A stretch of 64,000 nucleotides of DNA from a virus, in IMG/VR virus record IMGVR_UViG_3300002933_000006, positions 5,202-69,201 of that record. The stretch is one strand, 5' to 3'. The notes under the pieces were generated by a model, which did not search any database, was not told where the DNA came from, and worked only from the letters and a program-made list of their open reading frames with translations. A program made the position numbers and the translations under genes. Shown piece after piece: positions 45,955 to 53,964 of the stretch. The stretch's first letter is position 1. Each line of letters starts with the position of its first letter.

Positions 45955-47261
45955 AATTTCTCTCCTGGTTCAAATCCGCGGAATCCTTTAAAACGTGGGA
46001 ATCGTAAACTGTAAGTGCCGTCTTGGTTTTGTGTTACAGCATCAGCACGGACTTCAACCAACTGCCCAATAACACTAGCACTATCACGCCAAATGTCGTT
46101 TCGCATATCATCAGTGAGCCCACTACCAACATTGACGGTAATAGACTTCCCGTCGTCTTGTCCTTCACAAACAAGGGCTCCAAGACGTCCAACATTCTTT
46201 CCTGTACCTTCTTCAACATTCTTAACCTCCAAAGTTACTTCAATATACGGCTTTTGTTTTAACCAAGCTACACTACGTTTACATTCATACCCAGCTTCGG
46301 GATCTTTAATCATAATGCCTTCGTATCCACCAGCAATAGCACTAGCATTGATAGCACTAAATTCCTGAGCACCTTCTGGGGTATCTAAGTCCACAAGCGC
46401 ATTTTCTAACACAGTAATATTAGGCATATGGTCACGAATAGGGCTGTACCAAATCTTTAGTGCATTACTACGTTCACGCTGGGTAACCTTACTAGCACCA
46501 GTTTTAAACTCAGCTAATGTAAGAATATCAAACAAGTTTAACACAGCGTCATTGGCCAGCACATCACTCTTACGATGTACTTGTGTCATTAAGTCTTGGA
46601 AACTACTAGACATAATCTCACCATCAAACACAACGGGTTCTGGTAAGAATACTGCGTGTTTTGCAAACTGCTCTTTAACGTGTGGAAAGTTTACCAGTTC
46701 TTTACCGTTACGGCTGTACATATCGACATGCCCGCTAGGATACACAATAGTAATAACGCGAACTCCATCCAATTTGACTTCAATGAATTTCTTCCCTGAA
46801 ACTTTGGATTCGTGGTTAGCTCCATCATGAGCCAACTGACAGCTAAACACAGGTATAATATAATCAGCATTTACTTTTCCAGCAATCTTATTAATAGTTG
46901 TTTCACTAGTACCACAGCGCAAATCTTTAATAAGAATACGACGATACCACAAGTTCCACTCTGCTTCTCGTGCATTCATACGCATATGATTGATTGCGGT
47001 AAGTGCGGCATTGCCAGATAATTCACGTGCGGCTAGCTTATTAGCAGTTTGATAAAAGATATCAGAATTTAAGCCTTTACCATCTCCAGTCTTTTCTGCA
47101 ACTTGGCGGACGCCAAAGGTAACCATGCTGTCGAGAGCAAGTCTGGTACCATCAAAAAATGCAGTATTGCCCGCTTCAGCTTCACGCTTAATGACGGCTT
47201 CTTTGGCCAACCGACTATTATCTGCTTCTAGCTCTGCAATTACTTCCCATGGTTTCAACAT
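45951..47261 (-). CDS. ATP-dependent DNA ligase
   Basis: EVKLDGVR (KxDG), FDGEI, FDIL, EGIMIK, WLKQK, SLRFPRF. Confidence 0.95.
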   Translation of the reverse strand: MLKPWEVIAELEADNSRLAKEAVIKREAEAGNTAFFDGTRLALDSMVTFGVRQVAEKTGDGKGLNSDIFYQTANKLAARELSGNAALTAINHMRMNAREAEWNLWYRRILIKDLRCGTSETTINKIAGKVNADYIIPVFSCQLAHDGANHESKVSGKKFIEVKLDGVRVITIVYPSGHVDMYSRNGKELVNFPHVKEQFAKHAVFLPEPVVFDGEIMSSSFQDLMTQVHRKSDVLANDAVLNLFDILTLAEFKTGASKVTQRERSNALKIWYSPIRDHMPNITVLENALVDLDTPEGAQEFSAINASAIAGGYEGIMIKDPEAGYECKRSVAWLKQKPYIEVTLEVKNVEEGTGKNVGRLGALVCEGQDDGKSITVNVGSGLTDDMRNDIWRDSASVIGQLVEVRADAVTQNQDGTYSLRFPRFKGFRGFEPGEKL

Positions 47262-47476
47262 TAAGCTACCTCTTTCTCACGGAATGATAAAATTATATCA
47301 CGTACACGCTCACGGTCTACGCTGTCACCTTCAAATTCTGTTTGACCAAAATCTTCTTCCATACAAACTTTGTATAACTGGGTTGCAAGGATAATCTGCT
47401 TTGAAGTAAAACCATAATCATAAATGCCATTAGGACCATAAAAATCTAACATATATTTGGTAAAATTTAAGTTCAT
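47261..47476 (-). CDS. Hypothetical protein
   Basis: FEGDSVDRERVRDI motif; AAGGAG RBS. Confidence 0.7.
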   Translation of the reverse strand: MNLNFTKYMLDFYGPNGIYDYGFTSKQIILATQLYKVCMEEDFGQTEFEGDSVDRERVRDIILSFREKEVA

Positions 47477-47506
47477 TTAATGCTCCTTGTTATTCACTAT
47501 ACAACT

Positions 47507-47535
47507 ATTATAGCATTTTGGGAATTAACGGACAA
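47507..47535 (-). promoter_or_regulatory. Early promoter (repeat family)
   Basis: TTGTCC-GTTAATTCCCAAAATGC-TATAAT then AGTTGTATAGTGA...AAGGAG. Confidence 0.8.
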
Positions 47536-47540
47536 CCACT

Positions 47541-47817
47541 TCAGAAGTGGAAGTCCCTTACCCAATCAAACCGTGTAGTAGCGGGAACCCAACGTCTTTG
47601 CTGTCTTTTGTGCTCAGGCAGATGTAGATCGAACTCAACAAGAACCCAGTCCCGTTGTTGCGAAAAAGCAACAGTTTCTTGGGTGCGTACAACCCGAACA
47701 AAACGATCGTTAAAACGAGCAACAGTTATTGTCATACACCCTCCTATATAAGTTAAGTAAGGGTAAAGTCCACCACGCTTTACTGTAACGGTGCTTCCGA
47801 TCAACGTCAGTAGCATT
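47541..47817 (-). CDS. Hypothetical protein (start uncertain)
   Basis: Lies between two promoter repeats. Confidence 0.5.
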
Positions 47818-47854
47818 TCTGCTACTAGTATCTCCTGCTCCTCACTATACAACT

Positions 47855-47883
47855 ATTATAGCATTTTGGGAATTATTGGTCTA
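47855..47883 (-). promoter_or_regulatory. Early promoter (repeat family)
   Basis: TAGACC-AATAATTCCCAAAATGC-TATAAT. Confidence 0.75.
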
Positions 47884-48133
47884 CCGTTTTCTTATGGGGT
47901 TTTAGCCCAGTATCTGTTACACCTTGCTTATACCATGCAGTAACAGGATCATCAACTGGAGTCATGTCATGGACATGATTAGCCCAAGCCGACATTATAC
48001 TTTTACCAACACCGGAACTGGCATACATAACCGAAAGTTCACCACGCTTTAAACCAGTAGAAAAATGTTTTTGCCAAGGTTGTACGTCAGCCATTGAATA
48101 CTCAGTTAAAGTTTCAAGTTCTTTATTGTTCAT
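47873..48133 (-). CDS. Mini-gene containing a DnaB-like Walker A fragment
   Basis: TGLKRGELSVMYASSGVGKS; C-terminus duplicated from the neighbouring gene. Confidence 0.6.
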   Translation of the reverse strand: MNNKELETLTEYSMADVQPWQKHFSTGLKRGELSVMYASSGVGKSIMSAWANHVHDMTPVDDPVTAWYKQGVTDTGLKPHKKTVDQ

Positions 48134-48758
48134 TTTTTACTCTGTGTGGTTCTAATCCTGTGTCTTTTACACCTTCCTTATACCACTGAGTAACGTCATC
48201 TTCATTTTCAGCTTCGTACTCAGCCATTGACTCACTAATACCAAACTGTTCGTCTAGCTCTTGCGGCAACTCGTTTTTTACGTCTTGACTATCCATACCA
48301 GATAAATCGTAGTCAGTTACACCATGTTCATCGTAAATACCAGCAAATGCCGAACCCGGTTCATACCAAGATGCATAAATGCGGAAGCCTTGATTAACTA
48401 AAGATTCGTATGCTTGGACTGGTGGAGACCATGCACTATCAAAATAAGCAACGAGCTCGTTATCGTCCCAAGTGTTAATGCCTTGACTATTACCTACGTC
48501 CCACTTAGTTCCCCATTCGTTAATACACCAATCGTACCAGGACTCATATCCATACTTGGCTTTATTAGCGGCACGAATAGCATCATATTTTTCAGCATGA
48601 GGACCACCACGTGAACTTGCACCATCTGTACATAATTCGTTAGGTACAGGAATAAACTCTTGCAAGAAGTTACCGGCGGCAAAAGCATCTTTTGCCCTTT
48701 TGATCATGTTGGGATCATCGTGCCCCAAGGTAATCATATTTGAACACCAATTAGGCAT
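48123..48758 (-). CDS. YubB/DUF1281-like ferredoxin-fold protein
   Basis: MPNWCSN, WYDWC..EWGTKWD, FDSAWSPP, YEPG. Confidence 0.8.
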   Translation of the reverse strand: MPNWCSNMITLGHDDPNMIKRAKDAFAAGNFLQEFIPVPNELCTDGASSRGGPHAEKYDAIRAANKAKYGYESWYDWCINEWGTKWDVGNSQGINTWDDNELVAYFDSAWSPPVQAYESLVNQGFRIYASWYEPGSAFAGIYDEHGVTDYDLSGMDSQDVKNELPQELDEQFGISESMAEYEAENEDDVTQWYKEGVKDTGLEPHRVKNEQ

Positions 48759-49122
48759 GGTTATTCTCCTGTAATTGATTCCACATATACTTCTGTTCGC
48801 ATTGTTTGTAGTAAGCATCGCGAGCTTCTTTGTTCTCGCACCAGTCAGCTACAGCTTTATAACTACCTTGAGCTTCTCTAGGAGCACATTCGCGAATCCA
48901 CATAGCCAAACCCCAGAACGATTGCTTATTGGCCATATCGGCATTGTATAAAGCACGTTCAAAGTCATAGGCAAACATAGCTTCTAAGTGCCCGCCTGGT
49001 GGTAACCCGTCGAACAAAAAACGATTTAATGCTTCTGTAGTTTGCTCAGAGAATCGCATACCCATATACCTAAGGTTTTCGTGTACGTCTCTTTCAAGAT
49101 CAAGTTGAATACGATCGCTCAT
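48751..49122 (-). CDS. Hypothetical phage protein
   Basis: GLPPGGHL.A ... GSY.AV..W. Confidence 0.7.
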   Translation of the reverse strand: MSDRIQLDLERDVHENLRYMGMRFSEQTTEALNRFLFDGLPPGGHLEAMFAYDFERALYNADMANKQSFWGLAMWIRECAPREAQGSYKAVADWCENKEARDAYYKQCEQKYMWNQLQENNHA

Positions 49123-49328
49123 TTTTTATTTCCATATTTTAATTCAATAAATGACACTAAGGTATCATCCACATTAAGACCTAATCCTGCAACCCTTAAC
49201 CCAAGATTATCTAAATGATTAGGGAAGTCAATTGGATCGCCACCTTCTGCTAAAAACTCTGCCCGAGAGTCCTGGATATATCTATACACTATATCTCTTT
49301 CTCTAAGATCTCGAAAATTATAAATCAT
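49119..49328 (-). CDS. Hypothetical protein, possible outlying FxLxW member
   Basis: Ends VDDTLVSFIELKYG. Confidence 0.55.
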   Translation of the reverse strand: MIYNFRDLRERDIVYRYIQDSRAEFLAEGGDPIDFPNHLDNLGLRVAGLGLNVDDTLVSFIELKYGNKK

Positions 49329-49528
49329 ACCAATCCTTCTACCATAGAAATAAGGATCATCTTAATATCCTCAATGGTTTCAGCATCGTGGATACGTTTG
49401 TGGATCCACTCCTTACGCTCGTCTTGTGCATACTGTTCTGCTTGTGCGTCTGTTCCGTGGACGGGGCAGTCTGGATCTACTGTAATCCAAGGCCCACCCA
49501 TTTCATAACAGCGATGTCCGCAACTCAT
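49325..49528 (-). CDS. Hypothetical protein
   Basis: C..RC ... DPDCPVHG. Confidence 0.65.
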   Translation of the reverse strand: MSCGHRCYEMGGPWITVDPDCPVHGTDAQAEQYAQDERKEWIHKRIHDAETIEDIKMILISMVEGLV

Positions 49529-49740
49529 TGTTCAACTCCGAAATGTTGTTTAATCGAATCAACTGCTTCAAAAGTTCCCATATTATAAGTGTTGTAACCT
49601 TCTCGTGGCTCTTTCCTATTAGACTCAACGGCTCTTATACATTCTTGAACAATCAACTGGGCCAGTACTTGAGCACGACCGGCAATTTCAGGTGCGGCAT
49701 ATCCTGCCTCTAGCATTAGTTCTTTTAATCGTTCATTCAT
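49525..49740 (-). CDS. MNERIKEL-family small protein
   Basis: MNERLKELM ... AQLIVQEC ... IKQHFGVEQ. Confidence 0.75.
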   Translation of the reverse strand: MNERLKELMLEAGYAAPEIAGRAQVLAQLIVQECIRAVESNRKEPREGYNTYNMGTFEAVDSIKQHFGVEQ

Positions 49741-50186
49741 CTTGTTTCCTCTTGTTCGGCAATTTCCTTAGCAACTTCTTCGTGCAAGGGCTTAAACTTG
49801 CCACGATAGGCCTTAACATACCAAACACCGTGATCATACAAATAAAAGTATTCGCAATCATTATAAAAATTAACCCAGGTATCTTCACCGTCAAAGCTCT
49901 TAAACTCAACACCTTCTTCACCACGATCGCGACCATAGAAGCGACATTGTTGAGCATAGCCATCGGCATCATCATATACCATACGATCATTGAAGCTGAT
50001 CTGCTCACCAATCTCCTTGCCCAACACACTCATATCGCCCATGGAAATCAACTTGCTTACTTTAACAGAATCTGAATAGTTCTCTAATAGAACCCGACCA
50101 TTATATGCCAAGTATCCGTCACTGTGACAGTAGATGGATTTAATACGATCGCCATGTTTGATTGCAATGCTTGAACGTGTACTCAT
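49737..50186 (-). CDS. Conserved hypothetical phage protein
   Basis: MSTRS.I ... IYCHSDGY ... YGRDRGE ... EYFYLY. Confidence 0.8.
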   Translation of the reverse strand: MSTRSSIAIKHGDRIKSIYCHSDGYLAYNGRVLLENYSDSVKVSKLISMGDMSVLGKEIGEQISFNDRMVYDDADGYAQQCRFYGRDRGEEGVEFKSFDGEDTWVNFYNDCEYFYLYDHGVWYVKAYRGKFKPLHEEVAKEIAEQEETR

Positions 50187-50539
50187 TATACCTTCTCCTC
50201 TATTGATTTAATATGACGGCATTCGCCTCTAAATTTAAAACCGCTACAAGTACAAGTATACACATTTTCTATTTTTTGGACAACATAAGAGTTGCCTTTA
50301 CTACCATCTACTTTCCAAGTTTCGCCCGGTGCTTCGTCTAGGTTAATCTCACCTAGCTCTTTAACTTCTACAAAAGTTCTACGACGTGCATCAAAGTTTA
50401 ACGGTTTTTTAAATGTAAATGTATCACCCGATCTTGATTTAATGTAACCATACATCTTGCTCTTATCAGTGGAAAGCAAGTATGTATGATTAGGAGTTGG
50501 CGTAGACCAATCATTGGTAGTTTCTTTGAAAAATTTCAT
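50186..50539 (-). CDS. SWIM zinc-finger protein
   Basis: GSKGNSY.V ... CTCSGFKFRGECRHI. Confidence 0.8.
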   Translation of the reverse strand: MKFFKETTNDWSTPTPNHTYLLSTDKSKMYGYIKSRSGDTFTFKKPLNFDARRRTFVEVKELGEINLDEAPGETWKVDGSKGNSYVVQKIENVYTCTCSGFKFRGECRHIKSIEEKV

Positions 50540-50540
50540 A

Positions 50541-50771
50541 TTAGAAACTTGGATCCATGTATTCGTGTTTACCCGGCATCAAGTAGCAATATTTACAACC
50601 AGTTTGGGTGTAATACTCTCGACCGTCTTTAGCAACTTTGCGAGTATATTGACGACCAGAATCTGTAAAAATAAAACGCTTAGTCATACGCACAATTTTA
50701 CCATCGTAATAACGATCTCCGCCAATACCATGGCTAACATCATCACCAATATTGTAAGTTACTGTAGTCAT
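50541..50771 (-). CDS. Hypothetical protein
   Basis: AAGGAG RBS; first gene after a promoter repeat. Confidence 0.65.
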   Translation of the reverse strand: MTTVTYNIGDDVSHGIGGDRYYDGKIVRMTKRFIFTDSGRQYTRKVAKDGREYYTQTGCKYCYLMPGKHEYMDPSF

Positions 50772-50801
50772 TTTCTGCTCCTTTATTTTCACTATACATA
50801 T

Positions 50802-50830
50802 ATTATACAATATTGGGAATTAATGGTAAA
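50802..50830 (-). promoter_or_regulatory. Early promoter (repeat family)
   Basis: TTTACC-ATTAATTCCCAATATTG-TATAAT. Confidence 0.75.
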
Positions 50831-50847
50831 CCGAAATTTTAGCCAGC

Positions 50848-50873
50848 AAAAAACCCCCAATTAAGGGGGTTTT
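50848..50873. terminator. Bidirectional rho-independent terminator
   Basis: AAAAAACCCCC-AATTAA-GGGGGTTTT. Confidence 0.75.
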
Positions 50874-50875
50874 AA

Positions 50876-50895
50876 GTGTTGTTTTTATGCAACAC
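50876..50895. promoter_or_regulatory. Palindromic operator-like site
   Basis: GTGTTGTTTTTATGCAACAC; sister copy at 54358-54377. Confidence 0.5.
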
Positions 50896-50915
50896 AATGT
50901 ATTAATAAATATAAT

Positions 50916-51410
50916 ATGTTTTCAATATATAAGATTACTAATACAGTTAACAATAAGATCTATATAGGATTTTCGTCCAGGAACCCAATGGATAGATGGT
51001 ACAATCATCAACGATGTGCCATAAACAGTAAAAAAAATACGCATTTATATAATGCTATGAGAAAATACGGTCTTAATAATTTTCAATTTGATATTATATA
51101 TCAGTCCAATGATTGTACCCATACTCACAAAATAATGGAAAATTACTTTATTGTAGAATATCGTACTTATGTTGGCTTTCCGGACTGCAACGGTTATAAT
51201 ATGACCCTCGGCGGCGAAGGCGCAGTAGGAAGAGTAGATACTCCCGAAACTACAACAAAACGATCTACTGCAAAAATAGGTAAAAAAAGAGCGTCGATGA
51301 CATTAGAGCAAAAAGCTAAGATATCTGCATCAAAAAAGAATAAACCCTGGTCTCCAGCAAGATTAGCAATAGGATACAAAAAGAAACCCACAGAAGTGGG
51401 TTCCTGTTAG
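50916..51410 (+). CDS. GIY-YIG homing endonuclease (free-standing) with NUMOD3-like tail
   Basis: SIYKITN..NNKIYIG, R.YNH, AMRKYG, GYNMTLGGEG, EQKAKISAS. Confidence 0.9.
   Translation: MFSIYKITNTVNNKIYIGFSSRNPMDRWYNHQRCAINSKKNTHLYNAMRKYGLNNFQFDIIYQSNDCTHTHKIMENYFIVEYRTYVGFPDCNGYNMTLGGEGAVGRVDTPETTTKRSTAKIGKKRASMTLEQKAKISASKKNKPWSPARLAIGYKKKPTEVGSC
51383..51403. terminator. Hairpin between the convergent GIY-YIG gene and tmRNA
   Basis: GAAACCCAC-AGAA-GTGGGTTCC. Confidence 0.65.
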
Positions 51411-51680
51411 TTTCTGTTACGAGGTATAACTACCCTAAGCAGTTTTTAGGCTGCTAATGCGAATGTATTATCATTTGCGGTTACTTCTTATTTGCTGATT
51501 ACGTCAGTCAACTCTCGTGTTGCCTCTTTCGTTATCTCACCATGTCGAAACCGGTCGGACCCAACGAAATATACTCTGTTACATGTCACCGCTTCGCGCT
51601 TGCGGTCGAATATACTTCGGTGGATCCGGGGAGAATCGAACTCCCGTCCACAGCGCCTTCACTACGAAGGAATTACAACA
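51385..51680 (-). ncRNA. ssrA: Circularly permuted (two-piece) tmRNA, tag (A)ANDNTFALAA
   Basis: Order on the minus strand: T-arm GGGAG-TTCGATT-CTCCC and 3' acceptor CGGATCC-A (51645-51621); intervening hairpin; 5' acceptor GGGTCCG at 51562 with G3:U pair; GGTTTCGAC; tag ORF 51478-51446. Ends are approximate. Confidence 0.92.
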
Positions 51681-51696
51681 ATTCTTTACTTACCGC

Positions 51697-51945
51697 TTAT
51701 ACTGTTAAAACTAAAGCAATAACCGGAGGGGGAGAAAATGTATTAATAAATGCTATCCATTCATTCGCGGCCTCTTCGGTGGTCCAAATACGACTCGATG
51801 TTTTAGTATTTGGGTCATCTGTGCTGTTAATAAAAGTTCCATCTGTTGCTCCGGCACTAACCAATTCTGCAATTTTAGCGTCACGGATCGGTCTTTCTTC
51901 GGCAGTAAGAGATCTTGCAAACTTTACCTGAGTTGTGATTGTCAT
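51697..51945 (-). CDS. Hypothetical protein
   Basis: R.WTTEEAANEWIAF motif; AGGA RBS. Confidence 0.65.
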   Translation of the reverse strand: MTITTQVKFARSLTAEERPIRDAKIAELVSAGATDGTFINSTDDPNTKTSSRIWTTEEAANEWIAFINTFSPPPVIALVLTV

Positions 51946-52057
51946 TTTAAATAATCCTATTAGTAATTATCTAGCCAGTCTTTAAGTTCTATCATTACGT
52001 ATAATAAAACTGCTACTACAATCAGACTGGCCAGATATGTCATACAACTATTTAGCG

Positions 52058-52426
52058 TTAAACACAGCTCGGTCCGTACTTATTTTCACCTGGTGTGCTG
52101 GGGATAAACATGATAGCCAGGCTAACGACCCATCCAACATATGGTACTAGAGTTAGTAAAATCCATACACCACTTTGGTCAAAGTCACGAATACGTTGAC
52201 TACCTGCGGCCCAACTGGTTACACCAACTGCAATGAATCCTGCGAATACTGCAAAAAATAACAAATATGCCAACGGTGCAACTGTGTCTGCGAGTGCTCC
52301 TGCAACACAACCAACAATAGCCAACCCAATTAATGCACCAATTTGAGCCAACAGTAATACATTATAACTTTGGCGATTACGACGTCCACTGAACTTAAAT
52401 AAATCTTGAAATACTGGCTTACTCAT
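52058..52426 (-). CDS. DUF805 (YhaH/YhaI-like) inner-membrane protein
   Basis: FSGRRNRQSY, QRIRDFDQSG.WILL..VPYVG, PSTPGENKYGP. Confidence 0.9.
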   Translation of the reverse strand: MSKPVFQDLFKFSGRRNRQSYNVLLLAQIGALIGLAIVGCVAGALADTVAPLAYLLFFAVFAGFIAVGVTSWAAGSQRIRDFDQSGVWILLTLVPYVGWVVSLAIMFIPSTPGENKYGPSCV

Positions 52427-52447
52427 ATAATACCCCTTTAATTAAAC

Positions 52448-52763
52448 TGTTATATTGAAACATACTACAGGAAGAACCACATCGCTCAACACCACTTGTT
52501 GCTTTGCTTTCTCATTACTGCCTACTGTTATATTCCGCCGCCTCAGATTTATATTGTTGCTACCTCGGACGCGATGGTGTCTTGTCCTACTTTGCAACTA
52601 CCCCTGGTTTCATGGATTGTATACTCCCTTCATGCTTCTAGCAAGGCTAGCTCGCTAGCGAATCGGGCATTATTACAGTATACAATCCCTAACGGTATAG
52701 GTAACCTAATATGTTTCAATATAACAACGGGACTTATACGTTTCGCAACGAGTGCCCGTTATT
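52448..52763 (-). ncRNA. Candidate structured non-coding RNA of unknown class
   Basis: Perfect 17-bp closing inverted repeat (52448-52464/52710-52726), perfect 12-bp inner stem (52614-52625/52677-52688), further stems and a GCGA tetraloop hairpin; no credible ORF. Confidence 0.7.
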
Positions 52764-52767
52764 AAAA

Positions 52768-53112
52768 TTACTCTGCTACTGCGTCAAGCAATGCACGTGC
52801 TTTGATATCTTCCAATGATGGCTTAGTCTTAACTTTAGCACCTTTAGTAGATACTACGCCATTGTACTTGGCATCAGCCGCGTCGATTGCTGCTTTATAG
52901 TCAGCATTTGCATACAACTCTGATGTCTTAAGGAAAGTAACCAATGCCGGCTTGGTCATTGCTGTTGGCAACTCTAACAAATTAATGTCTGAGTCTGTTT
53001 TAGCCAAGATCTTAACACGTGTCATGTCACCAGCGAAACGTACTTTGTACTGGCCTTTAGTTTTAGAAACACCACCAACTTTGAACAATTTAGTCATTTT
53101 GTAAAACTCCAT
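52768..53112 (-). CDS. Small basic phage protein
   Basis: FKVGGVS....YKVRFA.D..RVKIL.K...DINL.ELP..MTK. Confidence 0.75.
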   Translation of the reverse strand: MEFYKMTKLFKVGGVSKTKGQYKVRFAGDMTRVKILAKTDSDINLLELPTAMTKPALVTFLKTSELYANADYKAAIDAADAKYNGVVSTKGAKVKTKPSLEDIKARALLDAVAE

Positions 53113-53161
53113 TTTTAAGTTAAATTAAATTTACTGCTTTATGCTAGACACACTCCAGCAT

Positions 53162-53210
53162 ATTTCATATTATAGATTATTTCGAATTAAAATGCAACCA
53201 TAATATGAAA
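53162..53210 (-). promoter_or_regulatory. Promoter bracketed by a 12-bp inverted repeat
   Basis: TTGCAT-17 nt-TATAAT between ATTTCATATTAT and ATAATATGAAAT. Confidence 0.6.
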
Positions 53211-53225
53211 TTCCTTTTACCAAAA

Positions 53226-53354
53226 TTATTTGGCTAATTCTGTACTTTGGGACTTAACGGTTTCAACACCCTTGTCCAACATTTTGGCAATACCACCGAA
53301 GCCAACTGTTGCCAGGATTAAACCAAATACAGTCCCAATAATAAACATTTTCAT
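53226..53354 (-). CDS. 42 aa membrane peptide, not in ORF track
   Basis: MKMFIIGTVFGLILATVGFGGIAKMLDKGVETVKSQSTELAK*. Confidence 0.65.
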   Translation of the reverse strand: MKMFIIGTVFGLILATVGFGGIAKMLDKGVETVKSQSTELAK

Positions 53355-53356
53355 GA

Positions 53357-53539
53357 TTAGTCTTTCTTGCTAATATTTGTTTTAAACAAGGCCGTAATAA
53401 CTCCCGCGGCCAACCAAGTATCAAATCCTAACTGAATATTGAGTGCCGGGAATAATGTATTCAATGCCCAAATAGTTGCAATAGGACCAATAACGATCAT
53501 TACCAACGTAAACACTAATACCAATAATGCTTTATCCAT
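53357..53539 (-). CDS. Small membrane protein
   Basis: GPIATIWALNTLFPAL.I ... TWLA. Confidence 0.7.
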   Translation of the reverse strand: MDKALLVLVFTLVMIVIGPIATIWALNTLFPALNIQLGFDTWLAAGVITALFKTNISKKD

Positions 53540-53541
53540 TT

Positions 53542-53823
53542 TTATGCTACCTCCAACATGTTTGCAGGGACCTTGTATACTGTACCAGTTGTGGTACGCA
53601 CCAAGACGTTTTTAACACTAACCTTTTCTACTACACCGTTATAAGTAATGCCACGACGTGAATCTGTAAACTTAACTGACGTACCCTTTACTAGTGCACC
53701 TTTATTCTTGTGGCCTAACTGACTACGAGCAAATTTTATTGCTTGACTAATATCGTCTAGTTCTGCATTGGTAAAAGTACCAGAAATAATACTACTACGA
53801 ATATCGTGTAAACTTGCAATCAT
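53542..53823 (-). CDS. Small SH3/KOW-like protein
   Basis: G..VKF ... GVVEKV..KNVLV ... YKVPANML. Confidence 0.7.
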   Translation of the reverse strand: MIASLHDIRSSIISGTFTNAELDDISQAIKFARSQLGHKNKGALVKGTSVKFTDSRRGITYNGVVEKVSVKNVLVRTTTGTVYKVPANMLEVA

Positions 53824-53963
53824 GATCTTCCTTCCAATTTAACCAATTCAAATTCCATTGCACGAAACTTTGGATCTAGTCCGCCACGTGGTCCACGAAC
53901 ACGAGCTAATTCTTGTTTAAGCTCACGGATTCTTGCTAATTCTTCAGGGGTAAATTTTGGCAT
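53820..53963 (-). CDS. Hypothetical protein (true start MPKFT)
   Basis: GGAG RBS; the upstream part of the track ORF overlaps another gene. Confidence 0.55.
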   Translation of the reverse strand: MPKFTPEELARIRELKQELARVRGPRGGLDPKFRAMEFELVKLEGRS

Positions 53964-53964
53964 A

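Noticed and set aside
51620-51650. T-arm and acceptor sequence as a tRNA gene or attP remnant
   Set aside because: No D or anticodon arms lie upstream; the matching 5' strand and tag ORF lie downstream, which identifies a permuted tmRNA.
51492-51931. Plus-strand ORFs 51492..51722, 51517..51708 and 51542..51931
   Set aside because: They are antisense to the tmRNA and the 51697 gene, with no recognisable motifs.
52455-52765. Plus-strand ORFs 52455..52658 and 52496..52765
   Set aside because: Non-ATG starts, no RBS and atypical composition; the region is better explained by RNA structure.
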